Under the pieces are notes generated by a model that saw only the letters and a list, made by a program, of their open reading frames with translations, ran no database searches and had not been told where the DNA came from. A stretch of DNA of 62,981 nt, filler included, from Lenisia limosa (Eukaryota > Protista > Breviatea), in assembly GCA_001655205.1 (NCBI GenBank). It is 8 parts of 8 records of this genome, joined end to end, with 100 filler letters (N's around TTAATTAATTAA, not from the genome) between each part and the next. Parts side by side here need not be neighbours in the genome. Positions count along the whole stretch, not along the records: positions 19,331 to 41,709 come from LPNZ01009111.1; positions 41,810 to 48,592 come from LPNZ01010938.1; 6 more parts are not named here. The stretch is one strand, 5' to 3'. This document shows positions 34,277-46,574 of this stretch, piece by piece. A program made the position numbers and the translations under genes. Each line of letters opens with the position of its first letter. Position 1 is the first letter of the stretch.

Positions 34277-37200
34277 ATGTCAGGAAAGCCTAAGAAGGTT
34301 ATCAACCAGGCGGATTTGGATTCGATGGCAGCTCTCTTTGAGTCTGTTGGACTTGATGCCAAAAAAGCCAAGGAAACTGCCAACGGAAATGCCAAATTTG
34401 CGAATAGCTTGAGGGAGATCATCGCTGAGGTGAGCTCTTCTTCTTTCTCATGGCTCTACTATGTTTAATTTAATAGAAAATATTTATTTTTAATTCCCAA
34501 AGTGAAACGACTTCTCCCTTTTGATAAACCAAATATCTGTTTTTTCTTTTCCTTACAAATATGAAACCCATCCTCCTTTCCTTTAATTTCAAGTTTTGTT
34601 TTCGTTCTTTTGTTGTTGAAAGGTGTGTTTTTGGGTTTCCACTGGAATACCTTTTTTGCTGCCACAACCTCAACTGCATTCATTCTACTGACCGCCAGTC
34701 TGGCGTCTCTGAAGGCTGCGACAAGAACGTTGGTGTCGGCCTTTATGGTGTATGCGGCAGGTTCCCAGCCTGTGCTCTTGTCCATCGTCCCACTGTTGTC
34801 AAATACGTTGCCGACGGCAGGATCAGTACCCATCAGCAAATTGAAGCCATGAGTGTCTATATGAAGAAGTGGGTGATGGGCTGTATGGTAGATCCATTGA
34901 TTAGTGTCGTACTTCTTACTGTTGAATTTTATCAAACAAAACATTTATATTATTTATTAGAAGCTCTTTTTTCAGCAAAAAAGATTGGTAATAAAGGTTT
35001 AGAATTGCTAGCGACCCCCTTGACATTGCCGAGTTTGAGAAGGAGTGTGGTGTTGGTTTGAGGGGAATTGAATTACAAGCTGTTTTTTTTTTTCACCCCC
35101 CCTNNNNNNNNNNNNNNNNNNNNNNNNNNNNNNNNNNNNNNNNNNNNNNNNNNNNNNNNNNNNNNNNNNNNNNNNNNNNNNNNNNNNNNNNNNNNNNNNN
35201 NNNNNNNNNNNNNNNNNNNNNNNNNNNNNNNNNNNNNNNNNNNNNNNNNNNNNNNNNNNNNNNNNNNNNNNCGTGGACGCTCACTTTGCTGAACTGAAGG
35301 ACACTCTCATTGAACAGCGCTACAAGTACCCCGTCGGAAAGCTCCTCTCCCACGTTTGTTGGGAATTAGAATTGGACTGGGTAAAGTCACAGAATAATTA
35401 TTCGGCATTAAGAACAAGTGGAAGGCTTTCATAATGACGCCCCCCCCCCCTGCACTATTCCTTATACAATCCCAGGTAAACATGAAGCTGAAGTGGGCCG
35501 ACGGTAAGGTTGTAATGGCCGCAGTGACTGCGGCTCAGACGGCTCTTCTCGGACCCAAGACCGAGGCTGACAACACCAAGCCCGCCAAAGTTTGCCACGC
35601 TTGTCAACTCGAGAATCTTAGATACTTTTCCGGGACTGAATCGATAGCCTGGAATGTCCATCAAATTTGGCATAACCCATCCAGAAGAAGGCTCCGAAAG
35701 AGGCAAAGAAGAAGGCTGAGACTAAGGCTGAGGAAGAGCCCTCTGAAACTGTCGCTAATGTCAAATTCAACGACCCCAAAGACAACAGACAACGTATGCT
35801 GGGTTTTATATTAAAGGGCTCTGAGAAATCCTTGATGCTTCCAATTTTGCTTGATGATTCGTGCCTGAAATAGGAGTGTCTGTATTAAGATGTTTGGGAA
35901 TGAGTGTTTAGATGGACCTCTCGCTTATGATTATAGTTACAAAGGATATCCTCAATGGACATCTTCAGAACACTGGTGGAGTTGTTGTTACCCGGTAAGT
36001 GGTTGGTTGATTAACGAGGAAATTGTAAGTAGTGTCGGGTCCTTAACAGAATAGATTCCCTCCTGAACCTAATGGTCATCTTCACATTGGACATGCTAAG
36101 GTTTGTGGAGCTTGGGTCTTTGGATTTCGCTTTGATACTCCTTGGTCCAAATACATTACATGCTATTTTCTTGTAACTGTATTTCCTCATTGTCTCGTTT
36201 ATCTGGCGACAGGCCATGAACTTCTCTTTCTCCTATGCCAAACGAATGGGAGGCTACACCTATCTCCGTTTCGACGACACCAACCCCGAGAAGGAAGACC
36301 AAACTTATATGGACTCGTGGGGNNNNNNNNNNNNNNNNNNNNNNNNNNNNNNNNNNNNNNNNNNNNNNNNNNNNNNNNNNNNNNNNNNNNNNNNNNNNNN
36401 NNNNNNNNNNNNNNNATCTGTTGAGTGGCTCGGACACAAGCCTTACAAGGTATTCCACTGTAACTGTTTCCTATGAGCATTGTACCCATCCCAATTTCCC
36501 TTTTATGAAAATTGCAGGATAATTCTCCATCTTCACTCCTTAGATTACACACGCTTCAGATTACTTTGATGATATGTACAACTTGGCACTAGGCCTCATC
36601 AGAAAAGGTTAGTCTGGGATATAGCGATTGCAACTGTTGTTCTTATCATATTTCACCTATTATTTTTCTTGACAACGATCCCACCTCACCCCCCAGACAA
36701 GGCCTACGTTTGCCACCAGGATAAGGAGGCCATGAGCAAGGGACGTGAGACCCGAACTGATAGCCCCTGGAGAACCCGGTGCGAATATATCAATAACATC
36801 TTTTCTCTATCAAGTTTTTCCCGCTGCTCTTGACAGTTTAGATCTGTTGAAGAGAACCTTGTTGAGTTCGAGCGCATGAGGTGGGGATGTGAACCTTGTT
36901 GAGTTCGAGCGCATGAGGTGGGGATGTGAACCTTGTTGAATTCGAGCGCATGAGGTGGGGATGTGTTCTTTTTATTATATCGCCGTACTACTACTTTTTC
37001 TGTTTTGTTTTTTTGGATGTTTTACTTTCCCTCTTATTGGAGAAATATCAAACACTTTGTGGAAAAGCTTCTTTTAAATTGGAAGGCTTTCTTTTGTTCA
37101 CTATAAAGACGTGGAGAATACTCAGAAGGCACTGCGACGCTTCGCCTCAAAATGGATATGCAGAACGACAACTCTGTCATGCAAGACCTTGTTGCATACA

Positions 37201-39532
37201 GAATTAAGGTACACCTGGGGACTAGGTGTATATTTAAGGAATCACTCAACGCCGCTTTTTAAAAGGCAGTCTTTTTAAACGGAAAGCCCTGGTCACATTG
37301 CCTCTTCATGTTCAATTCTAACAGTTCAGTTCCTCCCCCACCCCAAGACTGGAGACAAGTGGTGCGTGTACCCCTCATACGACTTCGAGCACTGTATTGT
37401 TGACAGCATTGAGGACATCACCCACTCCCTCTGCACAAAGGAGTTTGAGGTAATTGGGTGCAACCCAGACATACTTCTACGATTTTATAGGGAATAGGAA
37501 GTAGATCAAATAGTTCTTCTTCGTATGACAAGTTGAACTCTCTTTTCTGGATAAATATTTGATATTTCCAAATAGGTCCGCCGTGACTCCTACTTCTGGC
37601 TTCTTGACGCTCTTGAAATCTACAAGCCTGTTGTCTGGGAGTTCTCTCGTCTTAACATCACCAACACTGTTATGTCCAAGAGGAGGCTGCACAAGCTTGT
37701 TGATGAAGGTGTGCTGACAATTTGGCGTTCTATATCATGAATTGGTGAACGCTTCTCCTGTTACCCACTAAACCCCCCTATCATCCTCAACATGGCATCT
37801 CACCTAACAGGCTTCGTGCGAGGCTGGGACGACCCCCGTATGCCCACGCTCGTCGGGATGAGGCGCAGAGGCTACACTGCCAACTCCATTGCGGCGTTCT
37901 GTGACGTCATCGGAGTGACAAGGTCCGAGAACCTCATCCCCATCTCAGTCCTTGAGGGTTGTGTCAGGAAGGTGCGTCTTTGGTGTCGTACAACCGTAAC
38001 TTTTAAATGCATTTCCTATTTATTAGTGAGCTATTTTTTTTGCTAAAAATCCCCCCCTCCCAGGATTTGAACGATGTGGCCGAGAGACGTTTTGCTGTTC
38101 TCGACCCTGTGGAAGTTACTCTGACCAACTGGGAAGGTAGCTGGGGTCTTTTTCTCCTTTCTTCCTGAGTCTTCTTGAGTGAGTAAATAACATACCTGAA
38201 TCTTTTAAGATATTAATATCTGTGGGCTTTGCACAATATAGCTGCTTCAGAAGTGTGGGATATTTCTGACAGCATTAGAGGGCAAGGCTGTTGAGGTTGA
38301 CGCACCCAACCACCCCAAGGACACCACCAAGGGTACTCGCAAGGTATGTCATGTGATGTGTCCTCTTGGTCCTCGAAAAGAAGATTCATTCATGGGATAT
38401 TTGTGTTTTTTGGTCTCTATTCCTTTTTATTCGACAGTTGAACATGACCCGCACCGTCTACCTTGAACGCTCAGACATCCGAACGGTGGACAGCAAGGTG
38501 GGCGAGAATGACTGTTAAACAGAGACTCCCTTGGATAACTTTAAGGATACTGTTGAATAACTTTAATGTCATATGTATACGTAAGTAGTGGATTGGGTGA
38601 CCTATCATCATCATATTAATCAGGCGAGATAGCCCTCTGATGCTGAGCGTTTAGGACTTCTTCGGCCTTGCGCCTAATAAAGTTGTTGGCCTCAAGTACG
38701 GTATCCACATCAAGGCCACTGAGGTGGGCAATTTGGCAAGTATTATCAGTTCACTTGTCGTTCAAAAGACAAAATAGAATTTCACATTTCCAATAGATGA
38801 ATAAAATGTTTTTATTGGACGCTTTGTTTTGCATTTCCACTTACCCCTCTCCCCAGATTTCCACTGACGCTGATGGTAAGGTTCTCGCCGTCAAAGCGGA
38901 AGAGGTTCCTGTGCCCACCACCAAGATCAAGGGTTACCTCCACTGGGTGTCCGAGTCCAAGCCAGGCGTTGTGGGTGGAGAGGAGTTTTCGTTTGAAACT
39001 GGTTCACTGTTAGCATGTATTATATGACCCAAAAGGCCCCACACAAATTCGAAGCGCGCCTCTATGACGTCCTGTTCAAGACTGAGAACCTTGCTGAAGT
39101 TGCGGAGTGGCAGAAGGATATCAATGAAAACAGCCTGAAGTTCGTGGGGCGAGCTGTACTGAAATTCATCGACAGTTTACTCTTTAGGGAGCACATAGCC
39201 ATGCTCTATGTGGATCCCATCACCGTGTCCTCTTTCACCCTGTTTGGTTACCCCCCCCCCAGGTCATTGACAGCCTTTTGTGAGGTGTCTGTCAAGGACC
39301 TTCCCGTTGGAACGGCAGTTCAGTTCGAGCGCCTGGGCTTCTTCGCCGTCGACCCCGATACCAAGGTGAGAGCTGCAAGCATATCTTGCTTCAATATCAT
39401 AAAATTGCCTTTTTCATGAACATGTTATGTCGTCACAACTCTTCAGATAAATATGACCTCTTTCAGGACGACAGCATTGTAATGAACCGCACGGTGACCC
39501 TCAAGGAGTCCAAGGATAAGCTCAAGGCTTAG
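34277..39532 (+). CDS. QARS1: Glutaminyl-tRNA synthetase (eukaryotic type with N-terminal extension), apparently complete
   Basis: [17 protein letters not shown] (HIGH), [98 protein letters not shown]. Confidence 0.97.
36854..36964. repeat. 37-bp tandem triplication spanning a GlnRS exon end and 5' splice site
   Basis: GAACCTTGTTGAGTTCGAGCGCATGAG|GTGGGGATGT x3. Confidence 0.92.
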
Positions 39533-39759
39533 GTATTATGGTGGCATGGTTTGCTCTCCCTTTATGATGAAGGTCTTACGGTACAGTTATCTTGGAACAA
39601 AGCTCTGGATAAACCGTTTAATCAATTGTATGCAGTAAAGTCTCTATCGTACCTCGATATTTCAACACGATCTATCACACAGTCGCCTTTGTAATAACAA
39701 GAATCTGCATTATACAATCATAATAATTATAATAAATACCAAGAAAAAACCCATACCCA

Positions 39760-41673
39760 GCAGAGAGACAATGATAACAAATTAATATCTATTCTTATAC
39801 TGAGCTTGGCGTCTTCTGACAATCGCATATTGTCTCTTCTTACAGTGAACAAAGATGAACGAGAACAGCGCAAAGACTGCCAATAAGACAGGGACAGTGT
39901 AATATGTGGTCTGTGTCTTGATGCTGTCGGTTTCACATATCACACCTTCTCCCATCCGTAACCTGATTGTTTAAATTTGTGTCTTGAAATTGGGGGTTAA
40001 TATGACGACATTTTCTTGTGTCGTCCACAAAGAGCATACCGAATGTATTCGCAACTGAACGCAGTATTCAATGGGTGGCGTGCCTTGGCCTCTTCCTCAG
40101 TTTTATCTACAGCCATGATGGAAATGGTCCAGAGTCATCTGAGAATTTCGCCCAAAAAAACGTATCATATCAGAGTAAATGATATTCATGAGTATTCCAA
40201 ACACGATCTTACCTTCATATTCCTTGGTACATGTGTCGGGGTTTGGTTTGTCCACATCTGAAAGGTCAGCGTCCAAGAAACGGAAGGCTAAACTGAAACT
40301 GGTAGCGAAACGTGAGCAAAACAGATGTATCCCTCCCCAACCGTTTTCTGTATCATACACGTTGAAATGGTACACAGTATCAACAAAGTCGTTACCAGGC
40401 TGAGAGACAATGTTCACGTCAGTTGCAACACAACGCCCGTCTATTTCGCGGTAGAATATGGAGGGTCCATTACCCTAATACGTGAGGCATAATATGAACT
40501 CTTGATTGTACCGAGAATAATGTTAGGTGCATTATGTATGATCATCAATAACCAACTTTACCTTGGCGGCAAAAACAGCTACAGCAAGTACAACGAAAAT
40601 CAAGCCAAGAACTGTGCATATCTTGACACTTGGAGGGGACTTCAGTTCTAGAGAAGGGGTGAGCGATCATGCAATGTTGGCAAAAACCCATGGCTCTACT
40701 AGGCTTAAAATTACTCTCCAAAAAGCCCCAATTATGATTAATATTGGAAATATTCCATCCTCATTGATTCCCTTATAAGAGAGGCAACTTGGCCAATAAG
40801 AAAGGCAACTTGGCCTACCGTCGTCAAAAGGCTGCGGCAGTGGTGGCTGGTCAAATGCTGTGGAATGTTAAGATGATCCCATTTAAAACTTTTGATATAA
40901 CTGCTGAAACGGGAACAAACAAGCAAGGGGGGGGGGGGNNNNNNNNNNNNNNNNNNNNNNNNNNNNNNNNNNNNNNNNNNNNNNNNNNNNNNNNNNNNNN
41001 NNNNNNNNNNNNNNNNNNNNNNNNNNNNNNNNNNNNNNNNNNNNNNNNNNNNNNNNNNNNNNNNNNNNNNNNNNNNNNNNNNNNNNNNNNNNNNNNNNNN
41101 NNNNNNNNNNNNNNNNNNNNNNNNNNNNNNNNNNNNNAAAGATGAAGAAAAAAAGAAATCGATAAATTAAATTTGAATTCCACTGGCTGAAAAGCATAAA
41201 AGAGTTACTCCACTCTATAACCTCCTCCCTCATAAATAGCAATCCCCGTACTTGCTGGGGGTATGGCTGCGGTTCTGGCTGATACTGACTCTGTGGGGGG
41301 TACTGCTCTACCATGTAATGACAGGGGGGTAATCATTAGTCAATCAGGTATGCGAGGTTGCAAGTCAGAACTCACCAGCGCTGGGAGCATAATAATCCTG
41401 TTGTTGACCAGGTTTGGACTGAGGTGCCACGTCATTGTAGGAAGGCAGGGCATCTTTAACAGTCAAATATTATGAATCATTTTAATCCTAGTTTCAATAG
41501 AGGTTTTACTGCAAAAAGAAAATATTATGATTTCGCTTTCCCCCTTTCACGCACAACAATATCGGCAAAACTATAACAAACCTCACAATTCCGCCCATTA
41601 TACCTTGTTGCTGTGGTTGCTGTTGGCCATAAGGGTCGTTGTGCCGCACTCCATGAGGAGGTGGGTACGCCAT
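39760..41673 (-). CDS. Hypothetical two-TM membrane protein: P/Q/Y-rich N-tail, TM1, Cys-containing loop, TM2; 3' end approximate
   Basis: MAYPPPHGVRHNDPYGQQQPQQQG..QYPPQSQYQPEPQPYPQQ..CTVLGLIFVVLAVAVFAAK|GNGPSIFYREIDGRCVATDV..DTCTKEYE..FSCEYIRLRMGEGVICETDS..VPVLLAVFALFSFIFVH. Confidence 0.55.
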
Positions 41674-41709
41674 ATTCAAAGTGGTAGTTTTGAACAGTGG
41701 GGGGGGGGG

Positions 41710-41809
41710 NNNNNNNNNNNNNNNNNNNNNNNNNNNNNNNNNNNNNNNNNNNNTTAATTAATTAANNNNNNNNNNNNNNNNNNNNNNNNNNNNNNNNNNN
41801 NNNNNNNNN
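41710..41809. other. Artificial scaffold linker
   Basis: N44-TTAATTAATTAA-N44. Confidence 0.97.
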
Positions 41810-41921
41810 GGGGGGGGGGGGTATCTTCAGTGTTAAAGAATATTGCGTTTTTGTTTTTATTTTGCTTTTCTTTGTGAAAGGTGGAGAATGGAGAATGGGG
41901 TACTCTACACTTACCCCTTAG

Positions 41922-44900
41922 CAAACCACTTCAGCCGCTCTGAACCAAACTTCTTTCAACGGACTCGTAGCAACTTTCACTGTATTGGTAAGGGGGGTTT
42001 GACGAAGATAATTGAATGGAGATGACAGGTCCGANNNNNNNNNNNNNNNNNNNNNNNNNNNNNNNNNNNNNNNNNNNNNNNNNNNNNNNNNNNNNNNNNN
42101 NNNNNNNNNNNNNNNNNNNNNNNNNNNNNNNNNNNNNNNNNNNNNNNNNNNNNNNNNNNNNNNNNNNNNNNNNNNNNNNNNNNNNNNNNNNNNNNNNNNN
42201 NNNNNNNNNNNNNNNNNNNNNNNNNNNNNNNNNNNNNNNNNNNNNNNNNNNNNNNNNNNNNNNNNNNNNNNNNNNNNNNNNNNNNNNNNNNNNNNNNNNN
42301 NNNNNNNNNNNNNNNNNCGCCTAAGTGTGGTTGCCGACTTTGACGCAGCACTGAAGGCCGATTTCCAGGACAACGCACCCTTGCACTCCCTGAAACCTTC
42401 GGAGTCTATTGTGAGCTGGGGAGAGGGGTAGAATAAGTGTTGGTTACAGTTTTTCAAAAGCGAATGTTTGAATTGTAGTCAACAGGATGCAGATATCGGG
42501 GTTTAGTCGCATTTACATAGATGGCAATATTTTGCTTCTTTGTGTCTCTCACACCGTGTAGGAAGGATCGCTGCTGTACCCTGATACTTCCAATGGCTGT
42601 AAGGGTAACGCTCGTATCATAGTCCCTCGCCCAGGCAACTACACCCTCACTGTCAAGTAAGCCCTATTGTTTGTGTCAAATATTGTACACAAATATTATG
42701 GCATATGATATAAATGACGTATAGTGACCAGGATTAGTATCGGTCAAGACTTATCCCGGTCACTGTATATAATTACTTCATATAGATATGTACATAATTA
42801 CATATACTATATTATATACATGTATAATTAGAATATATAGAGTATATATAGCTATATATATCATATACTATTTTATATAGCTATTATATGTATATCGAGA
42901 TGTAATATATATGTATAGTCAGCTCCGGACATCATTCAAAATTCCCGGACACATCAAAACTCCTGGACAGCTTGAGTTTTTCATACAAAATCACCATAAA
43001 CCACCCAGAAACCCTATTTCCCTTCTGTTTTTGAAAGTAATCTCAATCTTAATCAAATAATGAAACCCCAATTTAACATATTATCGGGTCAAAACCAAAT
43101 TAAGTCCCTAAGCTCTCTATTTACGGTCCAAAAACGGTCAAAAACAAGCAAAAACCGTTATAAAAGGCCACATTCAAGGAATAAATGGCAACTATCCGGG
43201 AAATACCCCTGTAGACAGTGCTATTTTTGCATTTTTTTCCCTCAAAATTCACCATTACATAGCCAAAGCAAATGGGAACCCGGAACCANNNNNNNNNNNN
43301 NNNNNNNNNNNNNNNNNNNNNNNNNNNNNNNNNNNNNNNNNNNNNNNNNNNNNNNNNNNNNNNNNNNNNNNNNNNNNNNNNNNNNNNNNNNNNNNTTTTT
43401 GACATTTGCTCATGAAAAAAAAAGTTAGGGAACATTAGGAGGTCCATTTCTCTATGTATCTGTCGAAGCATTTTTTAAAAAAAAAACACTAGCAATGGCC
43501 TATACAAGGTGTCAACTTCAAGCTCTCCGGGAGTTTTGATGTGTCCGGGAATTTTGAATGTCCGGAGCTTTGAGGACCCACATGGACAGTATTACTGCCC
43601 CAGGCGCATTCCGCTCCTCATAGAAACTCTTTTACCGCACAACTCATCTTGCAGGTCCTTGACAGACACGGTTCTCAATACCATTGTGCACGTCTTCCCT
43701 ACCCCCGACCCTCCCGTCCTGGTCTCACTCGACCTCCACGAGTCTTACACCCGCTTTGTGGCAGTCTTCGACAAAGCAACCAATAGGCCTCTTCACAACT
43801 CCAACTGCAGTGGCCTTCTTTCTGACCCTTCTGTTATGGGTGTTGATCCAATGTACGGGGGGTAAGACTTTAATAGCACTCTAAGCTGCTAAATTGATAA
43901 CCGCAGCCTCAATGCATTTAGTTGATAGAGTCACAATAACTCCCTGATCATCATTGTTTACTATGCCCATGATAGTCCCAATTCGCTCCCACTCACGCAA
44001 TAGCTGTCGCTGGTACACGCCCATGATCTTGTTCATTGTTGTCGGCAAGAACCCCACGTTTGACCCTGCCGTCCCGTCAGACATCGCATTCCAGGCGATC
44101 ATCAGGGACACAACTGGCTACAGTGTACCCGCGTCCAGTAGGCTATGCTATTGGTCCCTTTCTTTCATTTCTTAATTGGTTCGGCCTGATATGTTTTTCT
44201 TCATACCTTTCTTCATACCCTTTATTAATTCAAATACGACTATTCAGAGATTTTACTTCTTCCCCTTCTGTAATTGATTGCCCTCTTTTTGCCCCGTCCC
44301 TCTGAACAGTTTCTCTATTTGCACCCATTGTCACCTCCTCAGTTCCCGCTACCACCCCGACCATTTCCCTTAGCACTGTGTTTACAGCTAAAATCGCTGC
44401 CAAAACACTGGTATGGATGACAGTACTGACCCAGACCGCTGGACATTAATACAATACATATTTCGAGAAATCCATTAATATGTGCCTTATATCCCTCTGT
44501 TGACCTTCTCTCTATGTGCCTGAAATCCCTTTATTGACCTTCTCTCAAGACATCTTTATTTGTGCCTTTTATCCCTCTGTTGACCTTCTCTCTAGACCAT
44601 GACAAGTTGCGATGACTTCCAAGCCTCAGCCTCCGTCCTTGGTTGGGGGTGAGAGTGCCACAAGGGCAAGTTGAGTGCCTTTGTTTTGTTTTTGACGAGA
44701 GAAATAATATCATATCATATCGATTACAATAGAAATCTAGGGAACAAATGAATCAAATACATAAGGATACCAGAAACAAATTACCGATTTATTTTCAGGC
44801 GTTGGAGCGTTCAAATCTGCTGCCACCGTGACATGGAGTGTCTCACCAAGTTGGAGGGAGGGGGGTATCATGCTGTGAAAGGACACTGCAAGAATTTTAT

Positions 44901-45050
44901 GGGGGTTTTTTTATTATTATTATTGTTAGTTGTACTAAATATGCTTCTTTTACCCCCGCAGCTATGTCTGATATTGACGCTATTGTTGCCAATGCCACCT
45001 CCACTCTCAAACTCCCTTCGTCCGTCCTTAACGCCGGAACCTCTTATACG
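41922..45050 (+). CDS. PKD/REJ-like extracellular protein, internal fragment
   Basis: Exons: ARIIVPRPGNYTLTVK (Ig/filamin-like), PDPPVLVSLDLHESYTRFVAVFDKATN..CSGLL..CRWYTPMILFIVVG, MTSCDDFQASASVLG, VTWSVSP and LKLPSSVLNAGTSYT. These resemble protist REJ-domain proteins (..VTFD.PT..C..L..C.W; CDD...DAS; L.IP...L..G..Y). Confidence 0.55.
42720..42767. mobile_element. 48-bp TA-flanked micro-MITE (CAGTG-type end)
   Basis: TA-TAGTGACCAGGATTAGT..ACTTATCCCGGTCACTG-TA; related ends occur at 55609-55650 and 57720-57744. Confidence 0.6.
42921..43569. mobile_element. ~650-bp non-autonomous DNA transposon with ~55-bp TIRs, inside an intron
   Basis: AGCTCCGGACATCATTCAAAATTCCCGGACACATCAAAACTCCTGGACAGCTTGA is nearly the reverse complement of TCAAGCTCTCCGGGAGTTTTGATGTGTCCGGGAATTTTGAATGTCCGGAGCT. 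Confidence 0.8.
44492..44595. repeat. ~34-bp tandem triplication ending at a 3' splice site
   Basis: TGTGCCTTATATCCCTCTGTTGACCTTCTCTC units; the last ends CTCTAG|ACCATG. Confidence 0.75.
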
Positions 45051-45365
45051 GTAACCAAGGGGCTTGACAAGTTGGCGGCATGGATTCTTTTGATAATTGG
45101 GAGGGAAAGGAAGAAGCCGATTTATGCGTTCATATTTTACAAGATGAGCAATTCATGAATATCAAGGTTTTGGATGAAGGACATATACTATGGGTAGTCG
45201 GAGAATGTCTCACTAATAAGAAGATAATTTTTGTTGTTATTGAAGCGTTTTAGTGTTGTTTTATTTATGCAGCTAAATCGTGTTTTGTTGCCGTTTCTCA
45301 AATGCTTAGCCAAAAGAGATTCGATTCCGGGTTTTTTTTGTGTGTGTGTGTGTGAAATTTTCCAT

Positions 45366-45575
45366 TTTATTTCACAGTTTTGAGGTTATGTAACTGTTAA
45401 CATGTAACTATCTCAAAATAGGTGTATGATGTACCTTATTTTTAATTTCTTGTATTCCTCTAAAAGCTTCCGATACACATCTCTTATACCATATGATTAT
45501 TATGGAGATTGCAAATCTGGTATATTTGGGAACCGGGATTGCAGTGTCAGGAGGACAACCATGTCAGACGATTGT
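45366..45575 (+). repeat. Direct repeat copy 1 (~140-bp core), ending at a 10-N gap
   Basis: TTTTATTTCACAGTTT.GAGGTTATG...GATTATTATGGAGATTGC...GGGAACCGGGATTGCAGTGTCAGGAGGACAACCATGTCAGACGATTGT; shared with 46433-46574. Confidence 0.85.
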
Positions 45576-45585
45576 NNNNNNNNNN

Positions 45586-46210
45586 GGCGGCCATGTCAAC
45601 GTTCCCGTCTTCAACAACAGAATACTCAAGGTATGGGGTTTATACGCCTAGCAATGTTTCAACTCAGATAAGCGAGCTGTGACTCAAAACGTATACTCTT
45701 CTTCCTACGTATTATGCTTGTATTTGTCTCCCCCAACACCCCACACTTTTATTTTTCTTCTCCCCTAAGTTTTATTATCTGATATGAATATATTATTCTC
45801 ATTAAAAAAAACCAACGCCTTCACCCCCAGGTAAACATATTTTATTTTTTTCATTTCCCAATTTTACTCCCCAGGTCAACCTTCGTGAAATCATTGCCCC
45901 CACCTCCACCAAAGTCATCGCCAATGAAGGCATGCCCCTCTCCAAAAACCCGTCAGCAAAGTGAGTGGTGTAACTAAAAAGGTAAATATTAAAAAAAAAT
46001 TGGAGTACGGAATACCTCGGGGCTTTGGAATTTACAGAATGCAGTCATGACAATTTCACCAAATTGCATGGTGTCTCTACCTTTATCATGATTTTGCTGT
46101 ATTTCTGTTCTCACAGTATTAGGGGTAACCTCGTCATCCACTTCAACATCCACTACCCCACGTCACTATCACACGACAAAAAGGAGGCCCTTCGCTCACT
46201 ACTTTCATAA
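45586..46210 (+). CDS. DnaJ (Hsp40 class A/B) C-terminal substrate-binding domain, last three exons only
   Basis: GGHVNVPVFNNRILK|VNLREIIAPTSTKVIANEGMPLSKNPSA|RGNLVIHFNIHYPTSLSHDKKEALRSLLS*. Confidence 0.85.
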
Positions 46211-46432
46211 CGTTTTCAATCTAGATTAGATGTCCGCCCCCAACGGGGCTATTTTTTCATTCCAGGTTATTTATTTATAGATGCATTTTGTTTCCACTTG
46301 TACAAATTCGGTGGTACCTTCTTTCTTTGGTTAAAGTGCAGCGTTGAGGTTGAAGAAATTCTGGATCCGAATATTTTTTTTTTTTACGTTTAAAAATCAT
46401 AATTACTGGTCTCTTTTCTCAATAACAATTAC

Positions 46433-46574
46433 TTTTATTTCACAGTTTCGAGGTTATGTAGCTGATAACATGTTACTATCTCTTATACCAGATGATTATT
46501 ATGGAGATTGCGAGTCTGGTGTATTTGGGAACCGGGATTGCAGTGTCAGGAGGACAACCATGTCAGACGATTGT
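46433..46574 (+). repeat. Direct repeat copy 2
   Basis: Near-identical to 45366-45575 without its internal insertion. Confidence 0.85.

Noticed and set aside
23197-46210. Alternative genetic code (ciliate-like stop reassignment)
   Set aside because: Genes end at TGA (UCH), TAA (PRKRIP1-like, DnaJ) and TAG (bZIP, DNAJC17, GlnRS), and no in-frame stops are needed in conserved exons.
41922-46210. REJ-DnaJ fusion gene
   Set aside because: The two parts are separated by a 10-N gap at a duplicated repeat; a misjoin is more parsimonious.
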